A DNA stretch of 64,000 bases from Shimia sp. (GTDB lineage Bacteria > Pseudomonadota > Alphaproteobacteria > Rhodobacterales > Rhodobacteraceae). Both the position numbers and the translations under genes were made by a program. The notes under the pieces were generated by a model. The model had not been told where the DNA came from. It did no database searches and worked only from the letters and a program-made list of their open reading frames with translations. This document shows positions 29,220 through 39,383 of this stretch, piece by piece (the first letter of the stretch is position 1; every line of letters begins with the position of its first letter). Where the stretch lies: assembly GCF_049116215.1 (NCBI RefSeq), contig NZ_JAGDZB010000001.1, forward strand, positions 459,678 to 523,677, given 5' to 3'.

Positions 29220-30100
29220 CCGCGCCGCTCCAATGCCCGATGCAACCACAACAGCGCCGCCTGCGCGGGCTGACCCGTGCTGTGATAGCCATAGAGCCAC
29301 CCCGTTGCACGACACAGGTCTTTCAAAGCCGCCTGCCGCTCCGCCAACCGCTCCAGATACCGCAGACGCAGATCATCCGCTTTCTTGGTGTCGTGGCTCA
29401 AACTGCCACCCATGCTTTCAAAAATCGCCCGGCCCTTGTAGGGAAAATCCTCTTCTGCTGGGTCCAGCACCTGCAAACAGGCCCCAACAACACCGCGATC
29501 TGCCGCCTTGGTCAGTGCCACCTGCACTGCGTCAAAGTCGCCCATGAAATCAGAGATAAACACCGCCCGCGCATGCGGCAGCATGGCCCGCGATTCTGGC
29601 GTGCCATAGTCCGGTATCTCGCCGTCTGCGTCATCGCGCAAAAACACTTCGGCCAACCGCATGATCTGCAACTCACCCCGCCGTGGCGGCAGCTCGGTCC
29701 CAGTCAACCCAACCCGTTCGCCGCTGCGAATGAGCAAGATCGCCAGCGCCAAGGCCAACAACCGCGCGCGATCTGCTTTCTGCGGCGTGTCTTTGTCGCT
29801 GGCAAACAGCATTGACGGGGCCGTATCGACCCACATCATCACCGATTGCGCCACCTGCCATTCGCGTTGCCGCACAAATTGCGCGTCCGATTTGGCCGAC
29901 CGCCGCCAATCAATGTGGCGCAAACTATCGCCAGGCTGCACCGGCCGGTATTGCCAGAAATCATCACCCATGCCTGCGCGTCGCCGGCCGTGCTCGCCAA
30001 GCAGCACTGTGCCTGCCAAATGCTCCGCATGCGCCAAAAGCGGCGGCAGGCTGGCGGCCTCCGCTTCAGCCTGACTGCGCAGATAGGGCGCTGCACTCAC
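29216..30100 (-). CDS. DUF58 family protein
   Basis: GDDFWQYRPVQPGDSLRHIDWRRSAK; follows MoxR. Confidence 0.93.
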   Translation of the reverse strand: MSAAPYLRSQAEAEAASLPPLLAHAEHLAGTVLLGEHGRRRAGMGDDFWQYRPVQPGDSLRHIDWRRSAKSDAQFVRQREWQVAQSVMMWVDTAPSMLFASDKDTPQKADRARLLALALAILLIRSGERVGLTGTELPPRRGELQIMRLAEVFLRDDADGEIPDYGTPESRAMLPHARAVFISDFMGDFDAVQVALTKAADRGVVGACLQVLDPAEEDFPYKGRAIFESMGGSLSHDTKKADDLRLRYLERLAERQAALKDLCRATGWLYGYHSTGQPAQAALLWLHRALERRG

Positions 30101-31104
30101 GCGGCGGCTCCCACTTTGTCAAACTGCGCCACCGTTTCCGCAATCAGCCCTGCAAGGTTCTCGCCCCGCGCCCGCGCCGCAAAAGTCAGCGCCATCCGGT
30201 GGCTCAATACTGGCGCCGCCATATCCATCACATCCTGCGCATTGGGCGCGAGCCGCCCGTGCAGTAACGCCTGTGCCCGCACCGTCATCATCAGAGCCTG
30301 CGCTGCCCGTGGGCCCGGCCCCCAGGCCACGTTCTCGCGCACCGCCTCGGTGGCGGTCTCATCATCCGGGCGGCAGGCCCGCACCAGATCCAGGATCAAC
30401 TCCATCACGCTTTCGCCCACTGGCATCCGCCGCAACAACGTTTGAGCCGCGATCAACTCTTCTGCGGTGAACACCGTATGCGCCTCTTCCTCTTCGACGC
30501 CAGTCGTGGCCAAGAGAATATCACGCTCCGTGTCGCGATCCGGATAGGGCACATCAATTTGCACCAAAAAACGGTCCAGCTGCGCTTCCGGCAACGGATA
30601 GGTGCCTTCCTGTTCAATTGGGTTTTGCGTCGCCAACACATGAAACGGTGCATCAAGCGGGCGATCCGCCCCGGCCACGGTCACCTGCTTCTCCTGCATC
30701 GCCTGCAACAACGCGGATTGCGTCCGCGGACTGGCGCGGTTGATTTCATCGGCCATCAAAAGCTGACAGAAAATCGGTCCCGGCACGAATCGAAACTCCC
30801 GCGTTCCGCCTTTGCCTTTCTCCAGAACCTCGGAGCCAAGAATGTCAGCGGGCATCAAATCCGGCGTAAACTGCACGCGATTGCCATTAAGCCCCATCAC
30901 AGTTGAAAGCGCATCCACAAGCCGCGTTTTGCCCAAGCCCGGCAGACCAATCAACAGCGCATGTCCTCCACAGAGCAAGGCCGAAAGCGTCAGGTCAACC
31001 ACCTGGTCCTGACCGATAAAACGTTTGCTGATCGCCGCCTTGGCCGCCGCCAATTTGCCGCCCAGCTCTTCGATCTCTGCGACAAGGTTCTCTGCGTCTG
31101 CCAT
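30097..31104 (-). CDS. moxR: MoxR family AAA+ ATPase
   Basis: GLPGLGKT, QFTPDLMPAD, ADEINRA, TQNPIEQEGTYPLPEAQLDRF. Confidence 0.96.
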   Translation of the reverse strand: MADAENLVAEIEELGGKLAAAKAAISKRFIGQDQVVDLTLSALLCGGHALLIGLPGLGKTRLVDALSTVMGLNGNRVQFTPDLMPADILGSEVLEKGKGGTREFRFVPGPIFCQLLMADEINRASPRTQSALLQAMQEKQVTVAGADRPLDAPFHVLATQNPIEQEGTYPLPEAQLDRFLVQIDVPYPDRDTERDILLATTGVEEEEAHTVFTAEELIAAQTLLRRMPVGESVMELILDLVRACRPDDETATEAVRENVAWGPGPRAAQALMMTVRAQALLHGRLAPNAQDVMDMAAPVLSHRMALTFAARARGENLAGLIAETVAQFDKVGAAA

Positions 31105-31159
31105 ACGTTGTCTCCCGTTACTCTACCTGCTTACGTTGACAGTAACGCGCTCAGATGAA

Positions 31160-31762
31160 ATGGCAAAAGCAATGAGGGAACAATTTCCTGTGAAAGTGAA
31201 CGCAGACACCATCGCCGCCTCCGCAACTGCCGCCGTGAAAGCGCGCGGCCCGGCGCCCGTGCACCTGTGGAATCCGCCACATTGCGGCGATCTGGACATG
31301 CGCATCGCCCGTGACGGCACGTGGTTTTACGAAGGCAGCCCGATCAATCGCCCCGCCATGGTGAAGATGTTCTCCAACATCCTGCGCAAGGATGGCGACG
31401 ACTACGTGCTGGTCACTCCGGTCGAAAAAGTTGGCATCACGGTTGAGGACGCGCCGTTTATCACCGAAGATTTTGAGGTAACCGGCGAAGGTGACACCCA
31501 AGTTCTGACGTTTGAAACCCAAGTGGGCGACTTCACCACCGCCGGACCGGACGCTCCCATTCGCGTAGATATCGACCCAGACACAGATGAACCGGCGCCC
31601 TATGTGACCGTCCGCACCAACCTCGAAGCGCGCATCACCCGCAAGGCGTTTTATCGCCTTGTGGAACTCGGCACCCACCAGGACGTCAAGGGCCAAAGCA
31701 TGTTTGGCGTGATGTCTTCCGGCGTGTTTTTCCCCTTCCTGCCATCAGAGGCGTTGGACTAA
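31160..31762 (+). CDS. DUF1285 family protein
   Basis: PVHLWNPPHCGDLDMRIARDGTWFY, VTPVEKVGI.VEDAPF. Confidence 0.9.
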   Translation: MAKAMREQFPVKVNADTIAASATAAVKARGPAPVHLWNPPHCGDLDMRIARDGTWFYEGSPINRPAMVKMFSNILRKDGDDYVLVTPVEKVGITVEDAPFITEDFEVTGEGDTQVLTFETQVGDFTTAGPDAPIRVDIDPDTDEPAPYVTVRTNLEARITRKAFYRLVELGTHQDVKGQSMFGVMSSGVFFPFLPSEALD

Positions 31763-31854
31763 AGCGAACTTCCGCCAAACCGTTCAAACTTGCGGAATTT
31801 CGGACTGTTTTCACACTGGCAAAGCTGGAATAACCCTCGTCAGAGGAGAGCCCC

Positions 31855-32607
31855 ATGCCCAAATTTGCCGCCAACCTGACAATGTTGTTTGCCGAATTTC
31901 CGGAGTTGGACCGCTACGAGGCCGCCGCCGAGGCAGGCTTTGAGGCGGTGGAAATCCTCTTTCCCTACGAAACTCCCGCGCCGGAAACACAGCGGGCTTT
32001 GCTGCGCAACGGCCTGTCGCTGGAGCTGATCAACTGCCCGCCGCCCAACTACACCGGTGGCGACCGCGGCTTTGCCGCTGTGCCCGGTTTGGAAGACCGT
32101 TTTCAACGCGATTTCCGCCGCACCCTGCGCTATGCCGACATGCTGCGCGCCCGGATCGTGCACATTATGGCCGGGGCGGCCTCTGGTGATGAGGCCCGCG
32201 CCACCTTTGTACAAAACCTCAAATGGGCCTGCGCCTTTGCCCCGAAACAGCAACTCACAATTGAGCCGATCAACGACGTCGATATGCCGGGATATTTCCT
32301 GAATAGCTTTGACCTCGCCGCCGAGATTCTGGACGAGGTCAACGCCCCCAATCTGGCGCTGCAGTTTGACACCTATCACGCCCATAAAATCCACGGCGAT
32401 GTGCTGGATTGCTGGGACAAACACAAAGACCGCGTGCGCCATATCCAGATCGGCGGCCTGCCGGACCGCAACGAACCGGTGAAGTCGAAACACTTCGACT
32501 ACCCCGCGTTCTTCGAGATGCTGGACGAAAGCGGCTACAGTGGCGCCGTCAGCGCCGAATACAATCCGGCCAAGCGCACCGAACAAGGCTTGGGCTGGCT
32601 GAGTTAA
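31855..32607 (+). CDS. hyi: Hydroxypyruvate isomerase family (xylose isomerase-like TIM barrel)
   Basis: MPKFAANL, GFEAVE.LFPY, IEPIN, QFDTYH, HIQI..P.R.EP. Confidence 0.85.
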   Translation: MPKFAANLTMLFAEFPELDRYEAAAEAGFEAVEILFPYETPAPETQRALLRNGLSLELINCPPPNYTGGDRGFAAVPGLEDRFQRDFRRTLRYADMLRARIVHIMAGAASGDEARATFVQNLKWACAFAPKQQLTIEPINDVDMPGYFLNSFDLAAEILDEVNAPNLALQFDTYHAHKIHGDVLDCWDKHKDRVRHIQIGGLPDRNEPVKSKHFDYPAFFEMLDESGYSGAVSAEYNPAKRTEQGLGWLS

Positions 32608-32615
32608 GCTGTCTT

Positions 32616-32669
32616 GGGCGCCGCGCCACCCGCAAGGGCAGCGCAGTGGATATTTTTGGTCAAATGAAG
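32616..32669 (+). repeat. REP-like intergenic element, copy B
   Basis: GC hairpins then GGATATTTTTGGTCAAATGAAG. Confidence 0.5.
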
Positions 32670-32686
32670 CGAGGCAATGGCGCGCC

Positions 32687-35485
32687 TTAATGCGCCTCCG
32701 CCCAATTGGCCCCACGTCCCGCATCAACGATCAACGGCACGTCCAGCTTAATCGCAGGCTCGGTGGCCCGCTGCATCACGTCTCGCGCCACTTCGATGGT
32801 CTCGTCCACCGCAGCGTCCTCGACCTCAAAGATCAATTCATCGTGCACCTGCAACAGCATTTTCGCGGGCAGGTCTTTGATCGCGTCCGGCATACGGATC
32901 ATCGCGCGCCGGATGATGTCAGCCGCCGTGCCCTGAATCGGGGCGTTGATGGCCGCACGGTAGGCAAAGCTGGCGCGCGGCCCTTTGGCGTTGATCTCCG
33001 GTGTGTGGATTTTGCGGCCAAACAAGGTCTGCACATAGCCGTGCTCTTTGGCAAACGCCTTGGTGTCGTCCATATAGGTACGAATGCCCGGAAATCGCTC
33101 GAAGTAGCGGTTGATAAAGTCTTGCGCCTCTCCCCGTGGAATGCGCAAATTGCGCGCCAGACCAAAGCCGGAGATGCCATAGATCACACCAAAGTTGATC
33201 GCCTTCGCACGCGAGCGCACCTCGCTGGTCATTTCCTCCATGGGCACGCCAAACACCTCTGACGCGGTCATGGCGTGAATGTCATGCCCATCGCGGAATG
33301 CGGCTTTGAGCGCATCGATCTCCGCAACATGTGCCAGAATGCGTAACTCCACCTGCGAGTAATCCAGCGAAATCAGTGTTTTGCCTTCTTCCGCCACAAA
33401 GGCCTCACGAATACGCCGCCCTTCCTCGCTGCGCACCGGAATGTTTTGCAGGTTTGGATCGGTCGACGCCAAACGTCCGGTATTGGCCCCGGTCTGCACA
33501 TAAGACGTATGAACCCGCCCCGTGTCCGCATTGATGTGCGTCTGCAAGGCATCGGTATAGGTCGACTTCAGCTTGCTCAGCTGCCGCCAGTCCAACACCA
33601 GCCCCGGCAGGGCATGTTCGGTGGCAAGGTCTTCCAGCACGTCGACACCCGTCGCGTAAGCCCCGGTCTTGCCCTTCTTGCCGCCCGGCAGCTCCAGCTT
33701 ATCAAACAGGATTTCGCCAAGCTGCTTGGGTGAGCCCACGTTGAACGTGCCCCCGGCCAGCTCATGAATCTCAGCCTCCAGCGCCGCCATCTTCTGCGCA
33801 AAGGCATTGGACATGCGGCTCAGCGTGTCGCGGTCCACTTTGACGCCATGCCGCTCCATCTGCGCAAGCACTGGCACCAAGGGTCGCTCCAGCGTTTCAT
33901 AGACCGAGGTCACCTGACGGCGGTGCAACTTTGGCTTGAACAACTTCCACAGCCGCAGCGTCACATCCGCATCTTCGGCGGCATAAGGCAGGGCGTCCTC
34001 AATAGGCACCTTGTCAAAGGTGATCATGCTTTTGCCGCTGCCAATCAGCGTTTTGATCGGCACCGGTTGGTGGCTCAAATAGCGTTCAGACAGCGCATCC
34101 ATGCCGTGATTGTGCTCCCCGGCGTGCAGCGCATAAGACAGCAGCATCGTGTCATCAATCGGCGCCACGGTGACATTGTAATTGGCAAACACCTTGCAGT
34201 CATATTTGGCATTCTGAAAGATTTTCAGCACGGCGGGGTCTTCTAGCACCGGCTTCAACGCATCCAGCACCTCATTGAGCGGCATCTGCCCCTCTTGCAG
34301 CTCGTCCCCACCAAACAGATCGTCGCTGGCGCCCTTCTTGTGGCCCACCGGGATGTAACAAGCCTCACCCGGCTCCACCGACAGACAAATCCCAGCAAGT
34401 TCCGCGATCATTTCATTCAACGAGTTGGTCTCGGTATCCACCGCCACATAACCGCGTTTCATAATGGCGGCGATCCACCGGTCCAGTGCAGCGCGGTCTT
34501 TGACCCACTCGTATTTGGACGCGTCAAACGGCGCATCTTCCTGTGCAGGCGTCTCATCCGCGGCAGCCCCCACCGGTTCCGGAATGCTTGGCGCTTCCAC
34601 ACCCAACTTATCGGCGGCGCGTTTTATTTGCGTGCGGAACTCCATCTCCGTGAGGAAGCCCAATAGCACCTCCGGCTCAGGGTCCTGCACCTCCAGATCG
34701 TCCAGCGTGAAATCCAGCTCCATCTCGCAATCCAGCTGCACCAACCGTTTGGACAGCTCAATCTGATCACGTTTTTCAATCAATGTCTGGCGACGTTTGG
34801 GTTGTTTAATCTCTTCTGCGCGGTCCAGCAGGCTCTCCAGATCGCCATATTCGTTGATCAACAGTGCCGCGGTCTTGATGCCAATGCCCGGCGCGCCTGG
34901 CACGTTGTCCACGCTGTCCCCGGCCAGCGCCTGCACATCCACAACCCGCTCCGGTCCAACACCAAATTTCTCAAACACCCCGTCGCGGTCAATGCGCTTG
35001 TTTTTCATCGCGTCGAGCATTTCCACGCCGCCGCCGACCAGCTGCATCAGGTCTTTATCCGAACTAATGATCGTACAACGGCCACCGGCGTCGCGCGCCT
35101 GACAGGCCAGGGTGGCAATGATGTCATCTGCCTCAAAGCCCTCAACCTCTTTGCAGGCAATGTTAAATGCCTTGGTGGCCGTGCGCGTCAGCGGAAATTG
35201 CGGCACCAGATCTTCCGGCGCGGGCGGCCGGTTGGCTTTGTATAGGTCATACATCTCGTTGCGGAAGGACTTGCCGGAATAGTCAAAAATCACCGCCACA
35301 TGGGTGGGCGCATCCGGGCCAGAATTGTCCTCAATGTAACGCTGCAACATATTGCTGAACCCAGCCACCGCGCCAATCGGCAGCCCGTCTGACTTGCGCG
35401 TCAGCGGAGGCAGCGCGTGATAAGCCCGAAAAATAAAGGCCGATCCGTCGATCAGATGCAGGTGACATCCTTTGCCAAAACTCAT
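32687..35485 (-). CDS. polA: DNA polymerase I
   Basis: 5'-3' exonuclease (LIDGS...RAYHA), 3'-5' exonuclease (DTET), polymerase motifs DYSQVELR, KAINFGVIYG, QVHDEL. Confidence 0.99.
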   Translation of the reverse strand: MSFGKGCHLHLIDGSAFIFRAYHALPPLTRKSDGLPIGAVAGFSNMLQRYIEDNSGPDAPTHVAVIFDYSGKSFRNEMYDLYKANRPPAPEDLVPQFPLTRTATKAFNIACKEVEGFEADDIIATLACQARDAGGRCTIISSDKDLMQLVGGGVEMLDAMKNKRIDRDGVFEKFGVGPERVVDVQALAGDSVDNVPGAPGIGIKTAALLINEYGDLESLLDRAEEIKQPKRRQTLIEKRDQIELSKRLVQLDCEMELDFTLDDLEVQDPEPEVLLGFLTEMEFRTQIKRAADKLGVEAPSIPEPVGAAADETPAQEDAPFDASKYEWVKDRAALDRWIAAIMKRGYVAVDTETNSLNEMIAELAGICLSVEPGEACYIPVGHKKGASDDLFGGDELQEGQMPLNEVLDALKPVLEDPAVLKIFQNAKYDCKVFANYNVTVAPIDDTMLLSYALHAGEHNHGMDALSERYLSHQPVPIKTLIGSGKSMITFDKVPIEDALPYAAEDADVTLRLWKLFKPKLHRRQVTSVYETLERPLVPVLAQMERHGVKVDRDTLSRMSNAFAQKMAALEAEIHELAGGTFNVGSPKQLGEILFDKLELPGGKKGKTGAYATGVDVLEDLATEHALPGLVLDWRQLSKLKSTYTDALQTHINADTGRVHTSYVQTGANTGRLASTDPNLQNIPVRSEEGRRIREAFVAEEGKTLISLDYSQVELRILAHVAEIDALKAAFRDGHDIHAMTASEVFGVPMEEMTSEVRSRAKAINFGVIYGISGFGLARNLRIPRGEAQDFINRYFERFPGIRTYMDDTKAFAKEHGYVQTLFGRKIHTPEINAKGPRASFAYRAAINAPIQGTAADIIRRAMIRMPDAIKDLPAKMLLQVHDELIFEVEDAAVDETIEVARDVMQRATEPAIKLDVPLIVDAGRGANWAEAH

Positions 35486-35564
35486 GGCGCGCTCCCGTTT
35501 TGTTCTGCTTTGCCCCGTTGTGCCATGCCACCCCTCTCGGTGCCAGTCGAAAACCTGCGCAATC

Positions 35565-35626
35565 CGGGGGGCAGCCCCCGCCGCCTCGCGCGGCGCCTCC
35601 CCCGGAGTATTTAGGGTCAGAAGAAG
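35565..35626 (+). repeat. REP-like intergenic element, copy C
   Basis: GGGGGGCAGCCCCC-(hairpin)-CTCCCCCGGAGTATTTAGGGTCAGAAGAAG. Confidence 0.6.
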
Positions 35627-35729
35627 CAAGGGCAGATCTCTCGCTGACGGTCTCACGACGTAGGGGCATCTCTCTTGCCAACGTGCCAACAGGCTGATCT
35701 ATGGAAATGCGAATATGAGGGGAGCGGAG

Positions 35730-36785
35730 ATGACGCATCTTTGGGTACGGGCCGAGCAACGGCAAAATGAGGAGCGGGTGGGGCTGACACCCGACGGTGC
35801 AAAAGCACTGATGGACAAGGGCATCCGCGTGACCGTGGAAGAGAGCTCCGTTCGGGCCATTCCAATTGACGGCTACAAAGCCGTAGGCTGCGACATCGCC
35901 CCGGAAAACAGCTGGCCAGACGCCCCTCGTGACGCCATCATCTTTGGCCTCAAAGAACTGCCAGAAGACGGCACGCCCCTGCCCCACCGCCACATCATGT
36001 TTGGCCACGCTTTTAAAGGCCAGCACTCCGGTGTGGCCCTGCTCAAGCGCTTCAAAGCGGGTGGCGGCACGCTTTATGATCTCGAATACCTGGTGGACGA
36101 AACCGGCCGCCGCGTCGCCGCCTTTGGGTACTGGGCGGGCTACGCTGGGGCCGCCGTGACCCTAAAGTCCTGGGCTGCGCAACAACGTGGAGAGCTCTGC
36201 GGTCCCGTTGGCGTTTATGCTGGCAAGGACGCCCTGCTCGCCAACCTTGGCGCGGAACTGGACGCCCTTTCCAAAGACCGCCCCTCCGCCATCGTGATTG
36301 GCGCGCTGGGGCGCGTGGGCACCGGCGCTGCTGATCTGCTCGACGCCATGGGCTGCACCGTCACCAAATGGGACATGGCGGAAACCGCCTCCGGTGGACC
36401 GTTCCCGGAAATTCTGGACCATGACCTGTTCCTGAACTGCATCTTTGCCCGCCCCGGCACGCCGGTGTTTGTGCCGCAAGAAGCTTTGACGGCCGACCGC
36501 AAACTCACCGCCATTGGCGACGTGGCTTGCGATCCCGACAGCGATTACAACCCGGTGCCGGTCTATGACCGCGCCACCACATGGGACGCCCCGGCCCTGC
36601 GCGTGGCCGACGCCCCTGTGCTCGACGTCATGGCGATCGACAACCTGCCATCCATGCTGCCGGTGGAAAGCTCGGAAGACTACGCCGCACAGCTGCTTAA
36701 CACTTTGATGAAACTTGATGACCTCAGCGACGGTGTCTGGACCCGCGCCGAGGCCGATTTCATCACACACTGCAAAAACCTTTGA
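35730..36785 (+). CDS. Saccharopine dehydrogenase (lysine-ketoglutarate reductase / Lys1-like)
   Basis: LRAE..ERR..LTP, GLKELP, LYDLEYL, GRRVAAFG..AG, GALGRVG, IDNLPS.LP.E.S. Confidence 0.9.
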   Translation: MTHLWVRAEQRQNEERVGLTPDGAKALMDKGIRVTVEESSVRAIPIDGYKAVGCDIAPENSWPDAPRDAIIFGLKELPEDGTPLPHRHIMFGHAFKGQHSGVALLKRFKAGGGTLYDLEYLVDETGRRVAAFGYWAGYAGAAVTLKSWAAQQRGELCGPVGVYAGKDALLANLGAELDALSKDRPSAIVIGALGRVGTGAADLLDAMGCTVTKWDMAETASGGPFPEILDHDLFLNCIFARPGTPVFVPQEALTADRKLTAIGDVACDPDSDYNPVPVYDRATTWDAPALRVADAPVLDVMAIDNLPSMLPVESSEDYAAQLLNTLMKLDDLSDGVWTRAEADFITHCKNL

Positions 36786-36812
36786 CCAAAGACCTCTGAG
36801 GGGAGAGACAAC

Positions 36813-37955
36813 ATGACAATCCACTGGTGTGGCACCGGCCTTTCCGCCATTCCCGGCCTGCGTCGCCTGATCGAAGGCGGCCGCGCGGTCACCGTCTGGA
36901 ACCGAACCATTGAAAAAGCGCAGGAAGCGGTTGGCGACCTGACCCAAGACATCCGCGCCTTCGACATCGCGGCTCTAGGAGCTGTGCTTGAATCTGGCGA
37001 CGTGGTTGTTTCCATGCTGCCGGGTGATTGGCACGTGCCACTGGCCGAGCTTTGCATCGAGAAAGGCGCGAATTTCGTCAGCTCCTCCTACATCGCGCCA
37101 GAAATGAAAGCGCTCGATGCCAAAGCCAAAGAGGCGGGCGTCGCCTGCGTGAACGAAGTGGGCCTGGACCCGGGCATCGACCACCTGATGGCGCATGCCT
37201 TGGTGGCAGACTATCGCGCCTCTGACGCTTACGACGCGGACAACGCCATCAGCTTCATCAGCTACTGTGGCGGCATCCCCAAACATGCCAACCCGTTCCG
37301 CTACAAATTCAGCTGGTCGCCGCTCGGCGTGCTGAAGGCCCTGCGCAGCCCGTCCCGCTCCATTCGCGACGGAAAACCGCTGGACGTGAACCGCCCTTGG
37401 GACGCGATCAGCAGCTATGAAGCGCCACTGGCAGAGGCGGAAACCTTCGAGGTTTACCCAAACCGCGACAGCATTCCTTTCATGGAAGACTACAAGTTTG
37501 ATCCGGACTGGAAAGTTGACACCTTTGTGCGCGGCACCCTGCGCCTCAACGGCTGGACCGAGGCGTGGTCTGAGGTCTTTCGCGAAATCGAAACGCTCTC
37601 CGGTCCCGAAGGCGACGCACGGCTGAAAGAGATGTCCGATCAGTTCTGGGATGAAAACTCCTATGACGAAGGTGAACCGGACCGCGTTGTGCTCTGCGTG
37701 GGCTTCAAAGCGGAGAAAGACGGCGCAGAGGTCTTCCACAAAACCTATGTGATGGACGCCTGGGGCGACGCGCGCGGCACCGCCATGGCCCGCCTTGTGT
37801 CGATCCCGGTCTCCTTGGCCATCGAAACCGTACTGGACGGCAAAATTGCCCCCGGCGTGCACGCGGCCCCATCTGAAGAAGCGCTGTTTTCCGAGTGGCT
37901 CACCCACATCGGCACGCTGGCGCAGCACATGCAGATCGTCGATCACACGGCTTGA
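36813..37955 (+). CDS. Saccharopine dehydrogenase (Lys9/SDH-like)
   Basis: NEVGLDPGIDH, SYCGG, YKFSWSP.GVL, RGTLR, AMARLV. Confidence 0.9.
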   Translation: MTIHWCGTGLSAIPGLRRLIEGGRAVTVWNRTIEKAQEAVGDLTQDIRAFDIAALGAVLESGDVVVSMLPGDWHVPLAELCIEKGANFVSSSYIAPEMKALDAKAKEAGVACVNEVGLDPGIDHLMAHALVADYRASDAYDADNAISFISYCGGIPKHANPFRYKFSWSPLGVLKALRSPSRSIRDGKPLDVNRPWDAISSYEAPLAEAETFEVYPNRDSIPFMEDYKFDPDWKVDTFVRGTLRLNGWTEAWSEVFREIETLSGPEGDARLKEMSDQFWDENSYDEGEPDRVVLCVGFKAEKDGAEVFHKTYVMDAWGDARGTAMARLVSIPVSLAIETVLDGKIAPGVHAAPSEEALFSEWLTHIGTLAQHMQIVDHTA

Positions 37956-38071
37956 TTATATAGCCCTTTGGCGCAGCCCTCGTAAAAGGGCTGCACCTCA
38001 CTTTGTAATCCCTTGCCATTCCCGACAGACTGCGAAATCCTGCGCCACACTTAAAGGGTGAGGAGCGCAAC

Positions 38072-38695
38072 ATGTCATCGGAAACCTGGATTGCCTTTGT
38101 ATTGGCCAGTGCCCTGGTTGTGCTGATCCCTGGACCCAACATTGTTCTGACCATCAATCACGCGGTGCGCTCTGGCAAACGCTCAGGCCTCGCCACCATT
38201 CCCGGCATTTCTGCAGGGGCCTTTGTCGGCATGTCTGTGTCCCTTATGGGCGCAGGTGCGATCCTCTCGGCCTCCACCACGCTTTTTACGCTGATGAAGC
38301 TCATTGGCGCAGTGTATCTGATCTGGCTCGGCATCAGCCTCTGGCGCGCACCCGCTGAGGGAATTGGCTCAAACACGGTGGATCAAAAACCCCTCAAGCC
38401 GCTGTTCTGGCAGTCGTTCCTGATCAGCGCCCTCAACCCCAAAGGCCCGGCGTTTTACATCGCCTTTGTGCCGCAGTTTGTGACCCTGTCGCAGCCGGTG
38501 TTGCCGCAATTTGCCATCCTGATCGCCACCTTTGTGGGGATCGCCACGCTCAACACCGTGTTCTGGCTGTTCTGCGCCGACGGGCTACGCGGGCTGTTCC
38601 AACACCCGCGCGCCATGCGCAGCCTCAATCGTGTGGGCGGCGGTTGCCTGATGGCAGCGGGCGTTTTGACCACAAGAGTCTCACGCCACAGCTGA
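38072..38695 (+). CDS. LysE/RhtB family exporter
   Basis: LIPGPN, G..YL..LG, LNPKG. Confidence 0.92.
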   Translation: MSSETWIAFVLASALVVLIPGPNIVLTINHAVRSGKRSGLATIPGISAGAFVGMSVSLMGAGAILSASTTLFTLMKLIGAVYLIWLGISLWRAPAEGIGSNTVDQKPLKPLFWQSFLISALNPKGPAFYIAFVPQFVTLSQPVLPQFAILIATFVGIATLNTVFWLFCADGLRGLFQHPRAMRSLNRVGGGCLMAAGVLTTRVSRHS

Positions 38696-38701
38696 CAACT
38701 C

Positions 38702-39295
38702 TTAGGCCGCCTGCGCGCCGATCTTGGCCGCCTGTTGGATCCACTTGTCGGCAACTCCGTCTTTGGGATGACTCGCCCCGGCGAACTTGGTGACCTTCAC
38801 CGGCTTGATGCCGACAAACTCCAAAATCTGCTGCTGGATCTGCACCACCATCGCGTTGCGGTACATCAAGCGGAAGAACCATCCGGGCGTATCCGAGAAC
38901 AAAAGCACCCGCCCTGTGCGCCCAGTCAAAAGCGGCTTAGGCAGCCCCAAGGCCGTTGTGTTGCGGGTGTCAAACGTGCGCCCCGGCAGCAACGCGCGAT
39001 CAAACAAGCCTTTGAGTTTTGCCGGCAATCCGCCCCACCACATCGGCGTCGCCACCACCACATGCTCGGACCACTCAATGTCCTGCAGCACCTGTTCCAG
39101 CTCTGGTTCCAACGGCTTCTGGTTCACATAACCGCCAAAGCCATAATCCGGATCAAACTGCAAATCATTCAGGTTGGTCATCCGCACCTGATGCCCCGCC
39201 TTGCGCGCCGCTTCCGCGTAGCTCTCTGCCACCGACCCCGTCAGAGACTCCGCCGCCGGGTGTCCGTTCAGGATAAATATCCGCTTCTGTGTCAT
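38702..39295 (-). CDS. NAD(P)H-dependent (quinone) oxidoreductase, flavodoxin-like fold
   Basis: ILNGHP, TPMWWGGLPAKLKG.FDR. Confidence 0.9.
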   Translation of the reverse strand: MTQKRIFILNGHPAAESLTGSVAESYAEAARKAGHQVRMTNLNDLQFDPDYGFGGYVNQKPLEPELEQVLQDIEWSEHVVVATPMWWGGLPAKLKGLFDRALLPGRTFDTRNTTALGLPKPLLTGRTGRVLLFSDTPGWFFRLMYRNAMVVQIQQQILEFVGIKPVKVTKFAGASHPKDGVADKWIQQAAKIGAQAA

Positions 39296-39310
39296 TGCGA
39301 TTCTCCAAAT

Positions 39311-39378
39311 ATTGACCATGGTCAATTTCATCGCATACAAAAATGACCGCGGTCAATTACAAATTTGACCACGGTCAC
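39311..39378. promoter_or_regulatory. Three TetR-type operators TGACC-N2-GGTCA
   Basis: ATTGACCATGGTCAAT (39311), ATGACCGCGGTCAA (39343), TTGACCACGGTCAC (39365) between divergent genes. Confidence 0.85.
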
Positions 39379-39383
39379 AATTC

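Noticed and set aside
35486-35689. N-terminal extension of polA in the ORF track
   Set aside because: It spans a repeat element and promoter DNA; the exonuclease domain starts right after MSFGKG (35485).
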